DNA of 64,000 bases from Deferrisomatales bacterium (lineage in GTDB: Bacteria; Desulfobacterota; Deferrisomatia; Deferrisomatales; JACRMM01): positions 64,001 through 128,000 of the forward strand of contig JAWSUI010000002.1 in NCBI GenBank assembly GCA_033551855.1. The letters are read 5' to 3'. Shown piece by piece: positions 30,003 to 38,815 of this stretch; within the stretch, counting starts at the first letter, position 1, and each line of letters starts with the position of its first letter. The notes beneath the pieces were generated by a model. It searched no databases. It was not told the DNA's origin and saw nothing but the letters and a program-made list of their open reading frames with translations. Both the position numbers and the translations under genes were made by a program.

Positions 30003-30206
30003 GGCCCGCCCGGAAACGGCCGGGTGACTACGCCCACTCCGGCGGCCGATGCCGGACGTCCCGACGCATGCGAGCCCTCGGGCCCTCCGGAACGCCTGAG
30101 GGGACCACGGGCCCCGGCGGGGACACGCTCATCGAGCGGCCGTCCGCCTGCGCCGTCGGACCCACCCGGCCGCCCTCCGGTACGGCCGTCATTCCCCGGA
30201 AGCGCC
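30003..30206 (-). mobile_element. Degenerate full-length copy of the ISL3-like MITE
   Basis: Colinear with the reverse complement of 40896-41104, including an identical 21-mer tcgagcggccgtccgcctgcg; both ends eroded. Confidence 0.7.
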
Positions 30207-30968
30207 CCCTTTCCCCTCCCCGATCATCGGTGCGCCGGTCCAGGACAGCACCGCCCGGAGGACCGAAGCGCTGTGACCGAGTTGACCGTAGGCCTCCTCT
30301 TGGGTGGGCAGGCGGTCTTCCGCGCGGAGCGATTCGCCGAGCGTCACGGACAGATTCGCGACCCGGGCGACCTCCCGGGCCAGGTCCGCCTCCGAGCGGA
30401 TCGTGACGGGGTAGACCCGGATCTCCTCCCATCTTTCCAGGATCCCGTCATTGACGACCCCGTCCATGGCCCCGTGGTTTCTGCGGTTGAATTCGTCGTA
30501 GACCATGTTGTGGAGGGGCATCGAGAGGTCCCCGAGGTAGTGGGCGGCGAAGGCCATGTGGTGCTCGGCGTACGCGCCGCGGGTTCTCTGGGCCGTGTAG
30601 GCGCGGACTGCCGCCAGCACGGCGCCGTAGAGGTGCCCCCCCGGGTCCACCGTGTCGTAGCGCCCCACCTGGCGCAGCACTTCGGCCGGGGTCACTTTTC
30701 TCCCCGGGGGATGGTTCACGTAGTGGTTGTGGGCCTCGAGGTTCCCGGCCTTGACCTTTGCCATGTCCGCCCCGGCCGCGTTGTACCATTTGGCGTAGCC
30801 GGCCGCCCTCGCCACGGCGAGGTGGGTCTCGTCGTACCACGCCGGCGCCGGTGCCCCGAGCAAGGCCGTGCCGAGGGCGGCGAGGACCAGTCGCGGCAGG
30901 AAAGCCCTGCGCGGACCCCGGCGCCCTCCCCCACCGCGAGCCGGGCGGTCCGCGCCCAAGACCCTCAC
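30189..30968 (-). CDS. Exported S1/P1 nuclease / Zn-dependent phospholipase C fold protein
   Basis: Signal peptide ending APA-W; WYDETH, HNHY, HYLGDLSMPLH, NHGAMD metal ligands; GTGA overlap with the upstream gene. Confidence 0.75.
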   Translation of the reverse strand: MRVLGADRPARGGGGRRGPRRAFLPRLVLAALGTALLGAPAPAWYDETHLAVARAAGYAKWYNAAGADMAKVKAGNLEAHNHYVNHPPGRKVTPAEVLRQVGRYDTVDPGGHLYGAVLAAVRAYTAQRTRGAYAEHHMAFAAHYLGDLSMPLHNMVYDEFNRRNHGAMDGVVNDGILERWEEIRVYPVTIRSEADLAREVARVANLSVTLGESLRAEDRLPTQEEAYGQLGHSASVLRAVLSWTGAPMIGEGKGGASGE

Positions 30969-31336
30969 GGCAGGATGATGCCGCCTCCGGCCTGTTGGGG
31001 GGTTACGATCCGGGTCGCCTCCCGGCGGCGAAACTCCTCCACCTCTGCCATCAGGCGGTCGATGGCCGCTCCGATCGCGCCGGGGAACTTCTCCATGGCC
31101 TGCTGGAGGTTCTGCGCCTCGAGGCCGGCCTGGACCGGGAGGTTCCCCGCTGGGGTCATGATCTGGCTCTGCCCGACGAAGATCACGGCCCGTCCCTTGT
31201 CCAAGGTGCCGTCCTGCTTGACCGGGGTCAGGCGCCGGATGGTGGCGACCTTGAGATCGGTGAAGAGCTCCTCCCGGTAGAGGTTCTGTTGATCCACCCG
31301 GAGCTCTGAAACCTTGAGGCCCTCGCGCTCGCTCAT
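30965..31336 (-). CDS. Conserved hypothetical cytoplasmic protein
   Basis: AGGAGG RBS; NLYREELFTDLKVATIRRLTPV..DG..D..R...FVGQSQ...A.RIVTP pattern. Confidence 0.8.
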   Translation of the reverse strand: MSEREGLKVSELRVDQQNLYREELFTDLKVATIRRLTPVKQDGTLDKGRAVIFVGQSQIMTPAGNLPVQAGLEAQNLQQAMEKFPGAIGAAIDRLMAEVEEFRRREATRIVTPQQAGGGIILP

Positions 31337-31942
31337 GGACGCCTCCTGCCGGAACCGGGTTCCGGCGAATAGAGTTGCTTCGGAAGGACCAGCTCCCCCA
31401 GCCCTGCCGTGTTGCCGTTTCCCCCCGATGCACCGGGGTGCCCCGGGCATCCTCTTGCACGGGGGCGAGACTGTCAAGGCGCGACCGCGCCCTGGATCCC
31501 CCGTCTCGGCAGGGGGGGGAGTCCCTGGATCCCGCGCCCCAGGGTGTGGTGGTGGAGGATTCCGGGGTCGGGGAGCCCATGCGTTTCTCCGCGAGATCGG
31601 CAGCGGTTCGAAGCGGTGGCCACGAGGGGCCCGGGTGCGCCACGGTTCAGCGATCCCGATTGGTTTGTGCGCCTCGGTCGATGCGGGCCGCGGCTGCTCC
31701 AGGCCTCCCCGACTCCGCCCAACACGTGGCGGTGGACGTGGGGCGCCCCGCGCGGTGCGCCGCCTGGGGCCCCGGCCCGTCGGTTCCCGAGACGGCGGGT
31801 CCTCAGCCGTGCCTTGACGGCCCCGGCCCGGGGCCGGTAGTTTGAGCCTCTACGCCAAACGGCATATCGAAACACGTTGATGCCTCGCGGGCACCCAGGG
31901 AAGGCGGTCGGCCGGGCAGGCGTGAGGAGGGGTGGGCGGAAC

Positions 31943-33895
31943 ATGCTGGGCCTCCGAAACTTGCGGCTTCGCGGGAAGCTCTTGGTGATGGTCCTCCCGC
32001 TCGTGGTGGTGCCGGTCCTCCTCGTGGGGGCGGTGGTCGGCGCCATCGCCACGCGGCAGGCCCACCGGGGCATCACCCAGACGAGCGCCGACGACCTCGA
32101 GCACATGGCGCAGTTCAGCGTCGACCTTCTCCACGCCCACCACCGGCAGTTCCAGGTCTACGAACAGGACAAGAAGGCGATGGTGGAGAGGGACCTGGCC
32201 ACCCTCGTCAACTTCGCCGTCAGCCTCTTCGACGCGGAGAACGAGCACCACCGAGCCGGGGTCGTGCCGCTCGCGGCCGCCCAGAGGGAGGCCCGACGGG
32301 CGCTGCGGGCGGTGAACATCGGGGAGACGGGCTACCTGTACGCCATGACGACCTCGGGCACCCTGGTCATCCACCCCGCGCGGGAGGGCGACAACATCTA
32401 CGACGCGGTGGATGAGGACGGACGTCCCTTCATCCGCGAGATGTGCGAGAAGGCGCCGACCGCGCCCTCCGGTGAGGTGCTCACCATCGTGTACCCCTGG
32501 CGCAACGAGGTGCTGGGGGACGTCCACCCGCGCCGCAAGGTCGTGACGTACCGCCACTTCGAGCCGTGGGACTGGATCGTCGCGGCCGGCAGCTATCTCG
32601 ACGAGACGTACGAGGACGCCGCCTTCGAGCGCCGGGCCTTCGAGGACCTCAAGGACAGGATCTCCCAGAAGAAGGTAGGACAGACCGGCTACATCTACAC
32701 CATGACCCGGGACGGAGTGCTCACCATTCACCCGAGCCAGGAGGGGCAGCGGATCTACGAAGAGCTCGACGACGACGGACACGCCTTCATCCGGGAGATG
32801 ACCGAGCGGGGCAGCGGGTGGGTGCGCTACCCGTGGAGGAACCCGGGGGAACCGGCCGCGCGGATGAAGATCGTGCGCTACGAGCACTTCGAGCCGTGGG
32901 ACTGGATCGTTGCGGTCGGTTCGTACGAAGATGAATTCTACCGCGAGGCCGATGCCATCCGCGGCCGGATCCGCTGGAGCGTGGGCGTGCTCTCCCTCCT
33001 TGTGGGGCTGGGGTCTGCGGTCCTCCTGTTCTGGGCGTCCAAGGTCTACACGGACCCGGTCCAACGGGTCCTCGAGGGAGTGCGCCGGGTCAAGAGGGGC
33101 CGGCTCGACGAGAAGATCCCCGTGACGTCGGCCGACGAGCTCGGGGAGCTGGCTGCCAGCTTCAACCGGCTCATCGACGTCCTCAAGCGCAACCGTGAGA
33201 TGGAGGACAGCCTCGCCCAGCAGGGGAAGATGGCCTCCCTGGGGGTGCTGGCCTCGGGTGTGGCACACGAGATCAACAACCCCCTCGGCGTCATCCTGGG
33301 CTACGCGGCCTATCTCGAGCGGAAGCTCGATCCTGAGGACCCGAGCTTCCGGTACATCCAGGAGATGCGCCGGGAGAGCAACCGGTGCAAGAAGATTGTT
33401 CAGGATCTGCTCAGCTATGCCCGGGTGCCCCGCCCCGTCCCCGTGGAAACCGACCTCAACGCGCTCCTCGATCAGATCGCGGACTTTGCCGAAAACCACA
33501 CGGACATGCAGGGGGTCGTCCTCGTCAAGGAATTGGAGCCGGCCCTGCCCCATCTGGCCCTGGATCCGGACCAGGTGCGCCAGGTGGCCATCAACCTGAT
33601 CCTCAACGCGGGGGCCGCGATGCCGGAGGGCGGCAGGTTGGCGATTCGCACGGCCATGGGGGAGCCGGGGTTGGTGGACGTCGTCTTCGAGGACAGTGGC
33701 CAAGGCATCCCCCCGGAACACCTGGAGAGGATCTTCGAGCCCTTCTTCACCACCAAGGCCCGGGGTACGGGGCTCGGCCTAGCCATCTCCAAGCAGATCG
33801 TGGAGCAGCACCACGGCACGATGCGGGTGGAGAGCGCCGTGGGGAAGGGAACCACCGTCACGCTGAGCTTTCCGGTTGCGGCGGAGGTGTTCTGA
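31943..33895 (+). CDS. Sensor histidine kinase with tandem Cache domains and HAMP
   Basis: Two TMs; two Cache repeats (G.TGY.Y.M...HP..EG; YPWRN; HFEPWDWIVA), HAMP DELGELA.SFN, H-box VAHEINNPL, GTGLGL. Confidence 0.93.
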   Translation: MLGLRNLRLRGKLLVMVLPLVVVPVLLVGAVVGAIATRQAHRGITQTSADDLEHMAQFSVDLLHAHHRQFQVYEQDKKAMVERDLATLVNFAVSLFDAENEHHRAGVVPLAAAQREARRALRAVNIGETGYLYAMTTSGTLVIHPAREGDNIYDAVDEDGRPFIREMCEKAPTAPSGEVLTIVYPWRNEVLGDVHPRRKVVTYRHFEPWDWIVAAGSYLDETYEDAAFERRAFEDLKDRISQKKVGQTGYIYTMTRDGVLTIHPSQEGQRIYEELDDDGHAFIREMTERGSGWVRYPWRNPGEPAARMKIVRYEHFEPWDWIVAVGSYEDEFYREADAIRGRIRWSVGVLSLLVGLGSAVLLFWASKVYTDPVQRVLEGVRRVKRGRLDEKIPVTSADELGELAASFNRLIDVLKRNREMEDSLAQQGKMASLGVLASGVAHEINNPLGVILGYAAYLERKLDPEDPSFRYIQEMRRESNRCKKIVQDLLSYARVPRPVPVETDLNALLDQIADFAENHTDMQGVVLVKELEPALPHLALDPDQVRQVAINLILNAGAAMPEGGRLAIRTAMGEPGLVDVVFEDSGQGIPPEHLERIFEPFFTTKARGTGLGLAISKQIVEQHHGTMRVESAVGKGTTVTLSFPVAAEVF

Positions 33896-33896
33896 C

Positions 33897-35273
33897 GTGG
33901 GCGAGCCCAAGCGCGTCCTCGTGATCGATGACGAGGAGGCCCTGTGCCGCATGGTGGATGCGGTATTGACCGACAGCGGCTACGCGGTCACGACCCGGAC
34001 CCGTTCCCTCGAGGCCTTGCAGGGCTTTGAGCCCGGCCGCTTCGACCTGGTCATCACGGACGTGCGAATGCCGGGAGTGGACGGCCTGGAGGTCCTCCAG
34101 AGGGTAAAGGCCGCCTCCCCCGGCACCCCCGTGATCGTGATCACGGCCCACGCCACGGTGGACATGTCGATCCAGGCCCTTCGCAAGGGCGCCTACGACA
34201 TGGTTACGAAGCCGTTCGAGCCGGAAGAGCTGCTCTACCGGGTCCGCAATGCGCTGCGCCAGAGCGAGCTCCTCGAGGAGAACCAGGGGCTTCTGGAGGA
34301 GCTCGCCGAGAGGTCGCGTTTCGGAAGCATCGTCGGCGACTCCCCCCGTCTTCTCGCCGTGCTGGAGACCGCCCGAAAGGTGGCGGCTCGAGACATCTCG
34401 GTCCTCATCACCGGCGAGTCGGGAACCGGCAAGGAGCTGGTGGCCCAGGCCATCCACGCCCACTCCCCTCGGCGGGGAGGCAAGTTCCTGGCCATCAACT
34501 GCGGCGCCCTCCCTCCGTCGCTCCTCGAGGGGGAGCTCTTCGGGACCCGGAGGGGCGCGTTCACGGGTGCGGACCGGGACCGGAAGGGCCTGCTGGAAGC
34601 GGCCGACGGCGGGACCCTCTTCCTCGACGAGGTGGGAACCCTCCCACTGGAAGTGCAGAAGACCCTGCTGCGGTTCCTCCAGGAGAGGGAGTTCTTCCGG
34701 GTGGGGGACACGCGGCCGACCCAGGTCAACGTGCGCATTCTCTCGGCCACCAATGCGGACCTGGACGACGCGATCCAAGAGGGACGGTTCCGGCAGGATC
34801 TGTACTACCGGCTCAATGTGGTCAACGTCCATCTCCCCCCCCTGCGGGAGCGGGCGGCGGATGTCCCGCTCCTCGTGGCGCACTTCGTCCGGGAGCAGAA
34901 CGAGCGCTTCGGGACGCGCGTGAAGGGATTCTCGCCGGAGGCCATGGAGGCGGCCTACCGCCACCCCTGGCCGGGAAACGTCCGCCAGCTCCGCAACGTG
35001 GTGGAGGCGTGCCTGGCCGTCGTCTCGGGCGAGTACGTGGATCTTCCGACCCTGGCGCAGTTCATCGAGGTTCCGTCGGCCCGCGCCGAGACGCGGCCGC
35101 CTGCTCCGGGGGGCGATTACGCGTCGGCCCTTGCGCGGTTCGAGGTCGCGTACCTGGGGGACCTGCTGAGCCGGACCCAGGGCAATGTCGAGGAGGCGGC
35201 CCAGCTCGCGCGCATGAACGTGGCCACCATCTACCGGAAGATCAAGAAGCACGGCCTCCGCAGGGACTCCTGA
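33897..35273 (+). CDS. sigma54-dependent response regulator (NtrC family)
   Basis: Receiver DDE..D..MP, GESGTGKE, GAFTGA, FLDE, WPGNVRQL, Fis HTH. Confidence 0.95.
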   Translation: MGEPKRVLVIDDEEALCRMVDAVLTDSGYAVTTRTRSLEALQGFEPGRFDLVITDVRMPGVDGLEVLQRVKAASPGTPVIVITAHATVDMSIQALRKGAYDMVTKPFEPEELLYRVRNALRQSELLEENQGLLEELAERSRFGSIVGDSPRLLAVLETARKVAARDISVLITGESGTGKELVAQAIHAHSPRRGGKFLAINCGALPPSLLEGELFGTRRGAFTGADRDRKGLLEAADGGTLFLDEVGTLPLEVQKTLLRFLQEREFFRVGDTRPTQVNVRILSATNADLDDAIQEGRFRQDLYYRLNVVNVHLPPLRERAADVPLLVAHFVREQNERFGTRVKGFSPEAMEAAYRHPWPGNVRQLRNVVEACLAVVSGEYVDLPTLAQFIEVPSARAETRPPAPGGDYASALARFEVAYLGDLLSRTQGNVEEAAQLARMNVATIYRKIKKHGLRRDS

Positions 35274-35311
35274 CCCGACCGCGGATCCTCGCAGTAGCCC
35301 CCGGCCCTCCA

Positions 35312-35357
35312 TTCGCATTGTTGCGAAAGAGCTCCTCGCGGCTCGCAATCCGGCGAA
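35312..35357. promoter_or_regulatory. Tandem enhancer (UAS) palindromes
   Basis: TTCGCA-TTGT-TGCGAA at 35312-35327 and CTCGCA-ATCC-GGCGAA at 35342-35357, 30 bp apart, upstream of a sigma54 site. Confidence 0.55.
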
Positions 35358-35573
35358 ACGCGGTCTCTCTCGCCGCTGCCTATCCGTAATCCACTGATTT
35401 TATTACCGTTGGTTCTCTTACTCCCGCGCTAGGGCTCCCCTCGGCGCGGAAGGGACGCGTACGCCACCGATATGCGATTTGCAGCGGCGCGAAGACGCCC
35501 CTCGAGGTGCCGGCGGACAGGCGCCGGAATAACTCTTCATCTACTCGAAATCATTTCGCTTACAAGAAATGAA

Positions 35574-35607
35574 AAACTGGTTGATTTCTCGTGGCACGTA
35601 ACGTGAA
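35574..35607 (+). promoter_or_regulatory. sigma54 promoter (-12 variant) with adjacent IHF-like site
   Basis: TGGCACG at 35592 with GG-N10-GA instead of GC; reverse strand AATCAACCAGTTT (35574-35586) resembles WATCAANNNNTTR. Confidence 0.55.
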
Positions 35608-35652
35608 TTCAAAGCCGGGCAGGCACAACGACCTCTTTCCCGGCGGGCGGCC

Positions 35653-37272
35653 ATGACACGAAGCAGCCTGTGCGACTTCTACGGTTCCCAGGAGGGCGGG
35701 TGTGACGTGGGTGCCGAGTACATCTCCACGTCGGACGTGCAGATCATCGTCCGGTACTGCACCGCTCGCTACCAGGACTGTTCTCGCTTTCAGCAACTGG
35801 CCGAGGGGCACGCCCCAGCCCCGGGGCGTCGGCGCGAGGCGGGGCCCGCGGGCGGAAACCCCGCCGAGGTCCTGGCGCGCAACGCCGCGAACGCCGTCCC
35901 CCCCCGTTCACCCGTCCATGAAACCACAGGAGGGATCCCCATGAGTCAAACGACCCGAAACCGCGGCTGGACCGTTGCCCTGTCCGGCACGGGCATAAAC
36001 CTCGCCTTGGGCGTGCTGTACGCCTGGAGCATCTTCAAGGGGGCCATCGCCGCGTCCATCCAGGAGGGAGGCGGCTTTCGCTGGAACCCCGCGGCCCTGA
36101 ACGACCCCTACGCTGTTTGCTGCCTCGTCTTCGCCTTCGCCATGATCGCGGCAGGCCGGGTGCAGGACCGCTTTGGGCCTCGGCTCACGGCCATGGTGGG
36201 CGGACTGCTGGTGGGCGCCGGGTTCGTCTGGGTGTCCCAGACCACCAGCTACCTGGCGTGGGTGCTGGGCTTCGGGGTCCTGGCCGGGATCGGGATCGGG
36301 TTCGGCTACTCCGCCGCGACCCCGCCGGCCCTCAAGTGGTTCCCGCCGGCCCGTACGGGCCTGATCGCGGGCATCGTCGTCTCGGGCTTCGGGTTGGCGT
36401 CGGTCTACATCGCCCCCTTGGCCACCTACCTGCTGGGAGCCTACGGCGTGCAGACCTCGATGCTGATCTTCGGCGTGGCCTTCACGGTCATCGTGGGCGG
36501 GCTCTCCCTGCTCCTGGTGAACCCGCCGGCCGGGCACCTCTTCGGTGAGGTCGCGAAGAAACACGAGATGACGGCCAGGAGCGCCCCCTCGGTCAAGGTG
36601 CGCGGGGATTTTCGGCCTTCCGATATGGTCAAGACCATCAACTTCTACATCCTCTGGAGCTGCTTCTTCATCGGCTCCGGAGCCGGCCTCATGGTGATCG
36701 GAAGCGTCGCCGGCATGGCCCAGGCAAGCCTCGGCACCCTGGCCTTCGTGGCGGTCGCCGCCATGGCGGTGGGGAACGCCGGAGGACGGATCGTCGCCGG
36801 TGTGGTGTCGGACCGGATCGGGCGCAGTCGCACCCTGTTCATCATGATGGTCGCCCAGGCCGTGCTCATGTTCGCCGCGGTCCCTGCCATGCGCACCGGC
36901 AGCGCGGTGCTCCTCGTCTCCCTCGCGACGCTCATCGGGTTCAACTACGGAACCAACCTGAGCCTGTTCCCGTCTTTCACCAAGGACTTCTGGGGGCTGA
37001 AGAACTTCGGCACGAACTACGGCATCCTCTTCACCTCCTGGGGGGTCGCCGGGTTCGTGATGGGTAGGGTTTCCCAGATGTTGACCGCGGCCACCGGCAG
37101 CTACGAGACCTCCTTCGTCCTCGCCGGCGTGCTGCTGTTGGCGGGAGCGGGGCTCGCGCTCACCCTGCGCGAGGGCAAGGCCTACCAGATGGCCCACGCG
37201 CTCGAGGAGGCTTCCGCGGCAGCCCGGCCCGAGGCCGACAAGCCTGAGGTGGCTGCCGCCCAGGGTATCTGA
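35653..37272 (+). CDS. OFA (oxalate:formate antiporter)-family MFS transporter with in-frame Cys-rich N-terminal extension; internal start at 35941
   Basis: GVLYAWSIF, GRVQDRFGPR, KWFP..RTGL..G, GRIVAG.VSDRIGR, WGLKNFGTNYG; AGGAGG RBS before ATG 35941. Confidence 0.88.
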   Translation: MTRSSLCDFYGSQEGGCDVGAEYISTSDVQIIVRYCTARYQDCSRFQQLAEGHAPAPGRRREAGPAGGNPAEVLARNAANAVPPRSPVHETTGGIPMSQTTRNRGWTVALSGTGINLALGVLYAWSIFKGAIAASIQEGGGFRWNPAALNDPYAVCCLVFAFAMIAAGRVQDRFGPRLTAMVGGLLVGAGFVWVSQTTSYLAWVLGFGVLAGIGIGFGYSAATPPALKWFPPARTGLIAGIVVSGFGLASVYIAPLATYLLGAYGVQTSMLIFGVAFTVIVGGLSLLLVNPPAGHLFGEVAKKHEMTARSAPSVKVRGDFRPSDMVKTINFYILWSCFFIGSGAGLMVIGSVAGMAQASLGTLAFVAVAAMAVGNAGGRIVAGVVSDRIGRSRTLFIMMVAQAVLMFAAVPAMRTGSAVLLVSLATLIGFNYGTNLSLFPSFTKDFWGLKNFGTNYGILFTSWGVAGFVMGRVSQMLTAATGSYETSFVLAGVLLLAGAGLALTLREGKAYQMAHALEEASAAARPEADKPEVAAAQGI

Positions 37273-37307
37273 CCGTTTCGCCTCGGGCCCGTCCCCGAGG
37301 GAGGAGA

Positions 37308-37333
37308 GAGGGCCCCGCCGAGGCGGGGCCCTC
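37308..37333 (+). terminator. Hairpin after the MFS gene
   Basis: gagggccccgcc-ga-ggcggggccctc; weak U tail. Confidence 0.5.
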
Positions 37334-37500
37334 GTCGTTGGGGACGACCGGTTTCCATCGGAGCGCGACGCGCTCTGCCGCCGCCCCTCTCGTCGGACCC
37401 GGCCCCCTCGGGTGGAGCCACTTTCCCTGCAGGGCCGGGTTGGGGGAGGATGGTGGGGTCGCGCCCCGGGGCACGACTCGGACAGGGGAGGGAAGCGAGG

Positions 37501-38691
37501 ATGGAGGCACTGGTGCTCTACTGCCGGGCGGGCTTCGAGACCGACGCGGCCGCTGAGGCCGCGGAGGCAGCGCGGGCCCGCGGGGATGCGGTTCGGGTTT
37601 CCCTGGGGCAGGGCTATGCCGTTCTCGAGGTCGAAGCCCGAGGAGGGGCGGGCTCCGTCTCGGCCCCCGGCCCTCGCGACCTCATCTTCTCCCGGCAGGT
37701 CTTCCGGGCGACCGAGCGCCTGCCCCTTGCGAGTGCCCCGGACCGGGTCGCGGCACTCTGCGAGGGGGCCTGGCGCCAGGCCAGGCGGCTGGGGCTTCGC
37801 GGGTACTCGGAGCTCTTCGTGGAGGCGCCCGACAGCGAGGGCGGGAGGCGCCTCTGGCCCCTGTGCGCCGCGCTCTCCGGCGAGCTGAGAGCGGCTCTGG
37901 AGGGGCGGGGCCTCCTGGGGCCGAGGTCTCCCGGGCCCCGACTCCACGTCTTCCTCTCCGAGGACTCCACCGTGCTCCTGGGGACCTCCCCGGCCGGGGG
38001 CGTTTCGCCGTGGCCCATGGGGATTCCGCGGCTACGCTTCCCCGCCGGCGCGCCCAGCCGGTCGGCCCTCAAGCTCGAGGAGGCCCTCCTGGCCTTCGTC
38101 CCCGAGGGGGAGCGCCAGGCCCGACTGCGCCCCGGGATGCGCGCGGTGGACCTTGGGGCCTCTCCGGGGGGCTGGGCCTGGGTTCTCGCCGCCCGGGGCA
38201 TCCGGGTCACCGCGGTGGACAGCGGGCCCCTGGACCGCGCGGTCCTGGAGACCGGCCTCGTGGACCACGTCCGAGCGGACGGGTTCACCTGGCGGCCTCC
38301 CCGGCCGGTGGACTGGCTGGTCTGCGACATGGTGACCGCGCCGGCGCGGGTGGCCAAGCTGGTGGGGTTGTGGGCCTCCCGGGGCCTCTGTCGGGAGGCG
38401 GTCTTCAACCTCAAGCTGCCCTCGGCGAGTCGTCTCGGGGAGGTCCGGCGTTGTGCCGCCGTCGTGGTCCGGGAGCTGGGGCGGGCAGGCCGGGGCCACG
38501 TGCTGCGCTTCAAGCACCTCTACCACGATCGGCAAGAGGTAACCGGGCACCTCCGGGTCGAGCCGGCACCCCGGCCCGGCGGGGGAGAAAAAGCCCAGCC
38601 GGCGAGGGCCCGAAGGCCCCAGGAGGAACGCCACGGGCGGGCGCGCAGGGGGGAGAGACGTCGCCCCGTCCCGCGGGACGGTCGTCAGTAG
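37501..38691 (+). CDS. rlmM: 23S rRNA C2498 2'-O-methyltransferase RlmM
   Basis: LYCRAGFE, LIFSRQ, MGIPRL..APSRSALKLEEA, DLGASPGGW, CDMV, KHLYHDRQEVT. Confidence 0.93.
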   Translation: MEALVLYCRAGFETDAAAEAAEAARARGDAVRVSLGQGYAVLEVEARGGAGSVSAPGPRDLIFSRQVFRATERLPLASAPDRVAALCEGAWRQARRLGLRGYSELFVEAPDSEGGRRLWPLCAALSGELRAALEGRGLLGPRSPGPRLHVFLSEDSTVLLGTSPAGGVSPWPMGIPRLRFPAGAPSRSALKLEEALLAFVPEGERQARLRPGMRAVDLGASPGGWAWVLAARGIRVTAVDSGPLDRAVLETGLVDHVRADGFTWRPPRPVDWLVCDMVTAPARVAKLVGLWASRGLCREAVFNLKLPSASRLGEVRRCAAVVVRELGRAGRGHVLRFKHLYHDRQEVTGHLRVEPAPRPGGGEKAQPARARRPQEERHGRARRGERRRPVPRDGRQ

Positions 38692-38815
38692 GGCCGGGGC
38701 CCTCCGCGGAAGGGGGTGGGAGAGGGCAGGGAATCCGGGTATCCTGGGCAATCCAAACACCCCGGCAAGCGGTGCCGGGAGGTCCGAACCCCTCGCCGCC
38801 CTCGGAGGAACGTCC

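Noticed and set aside
31480..31900. Intergenic stretch with minus-strand PGILHHHTLGRGI, faintly like a RAYT transposase N-terminus, plus GC hairpins
   Set aside because: The match is too short, no HUH or Tyr motif follows, and I recognise no riboswitch consensus.
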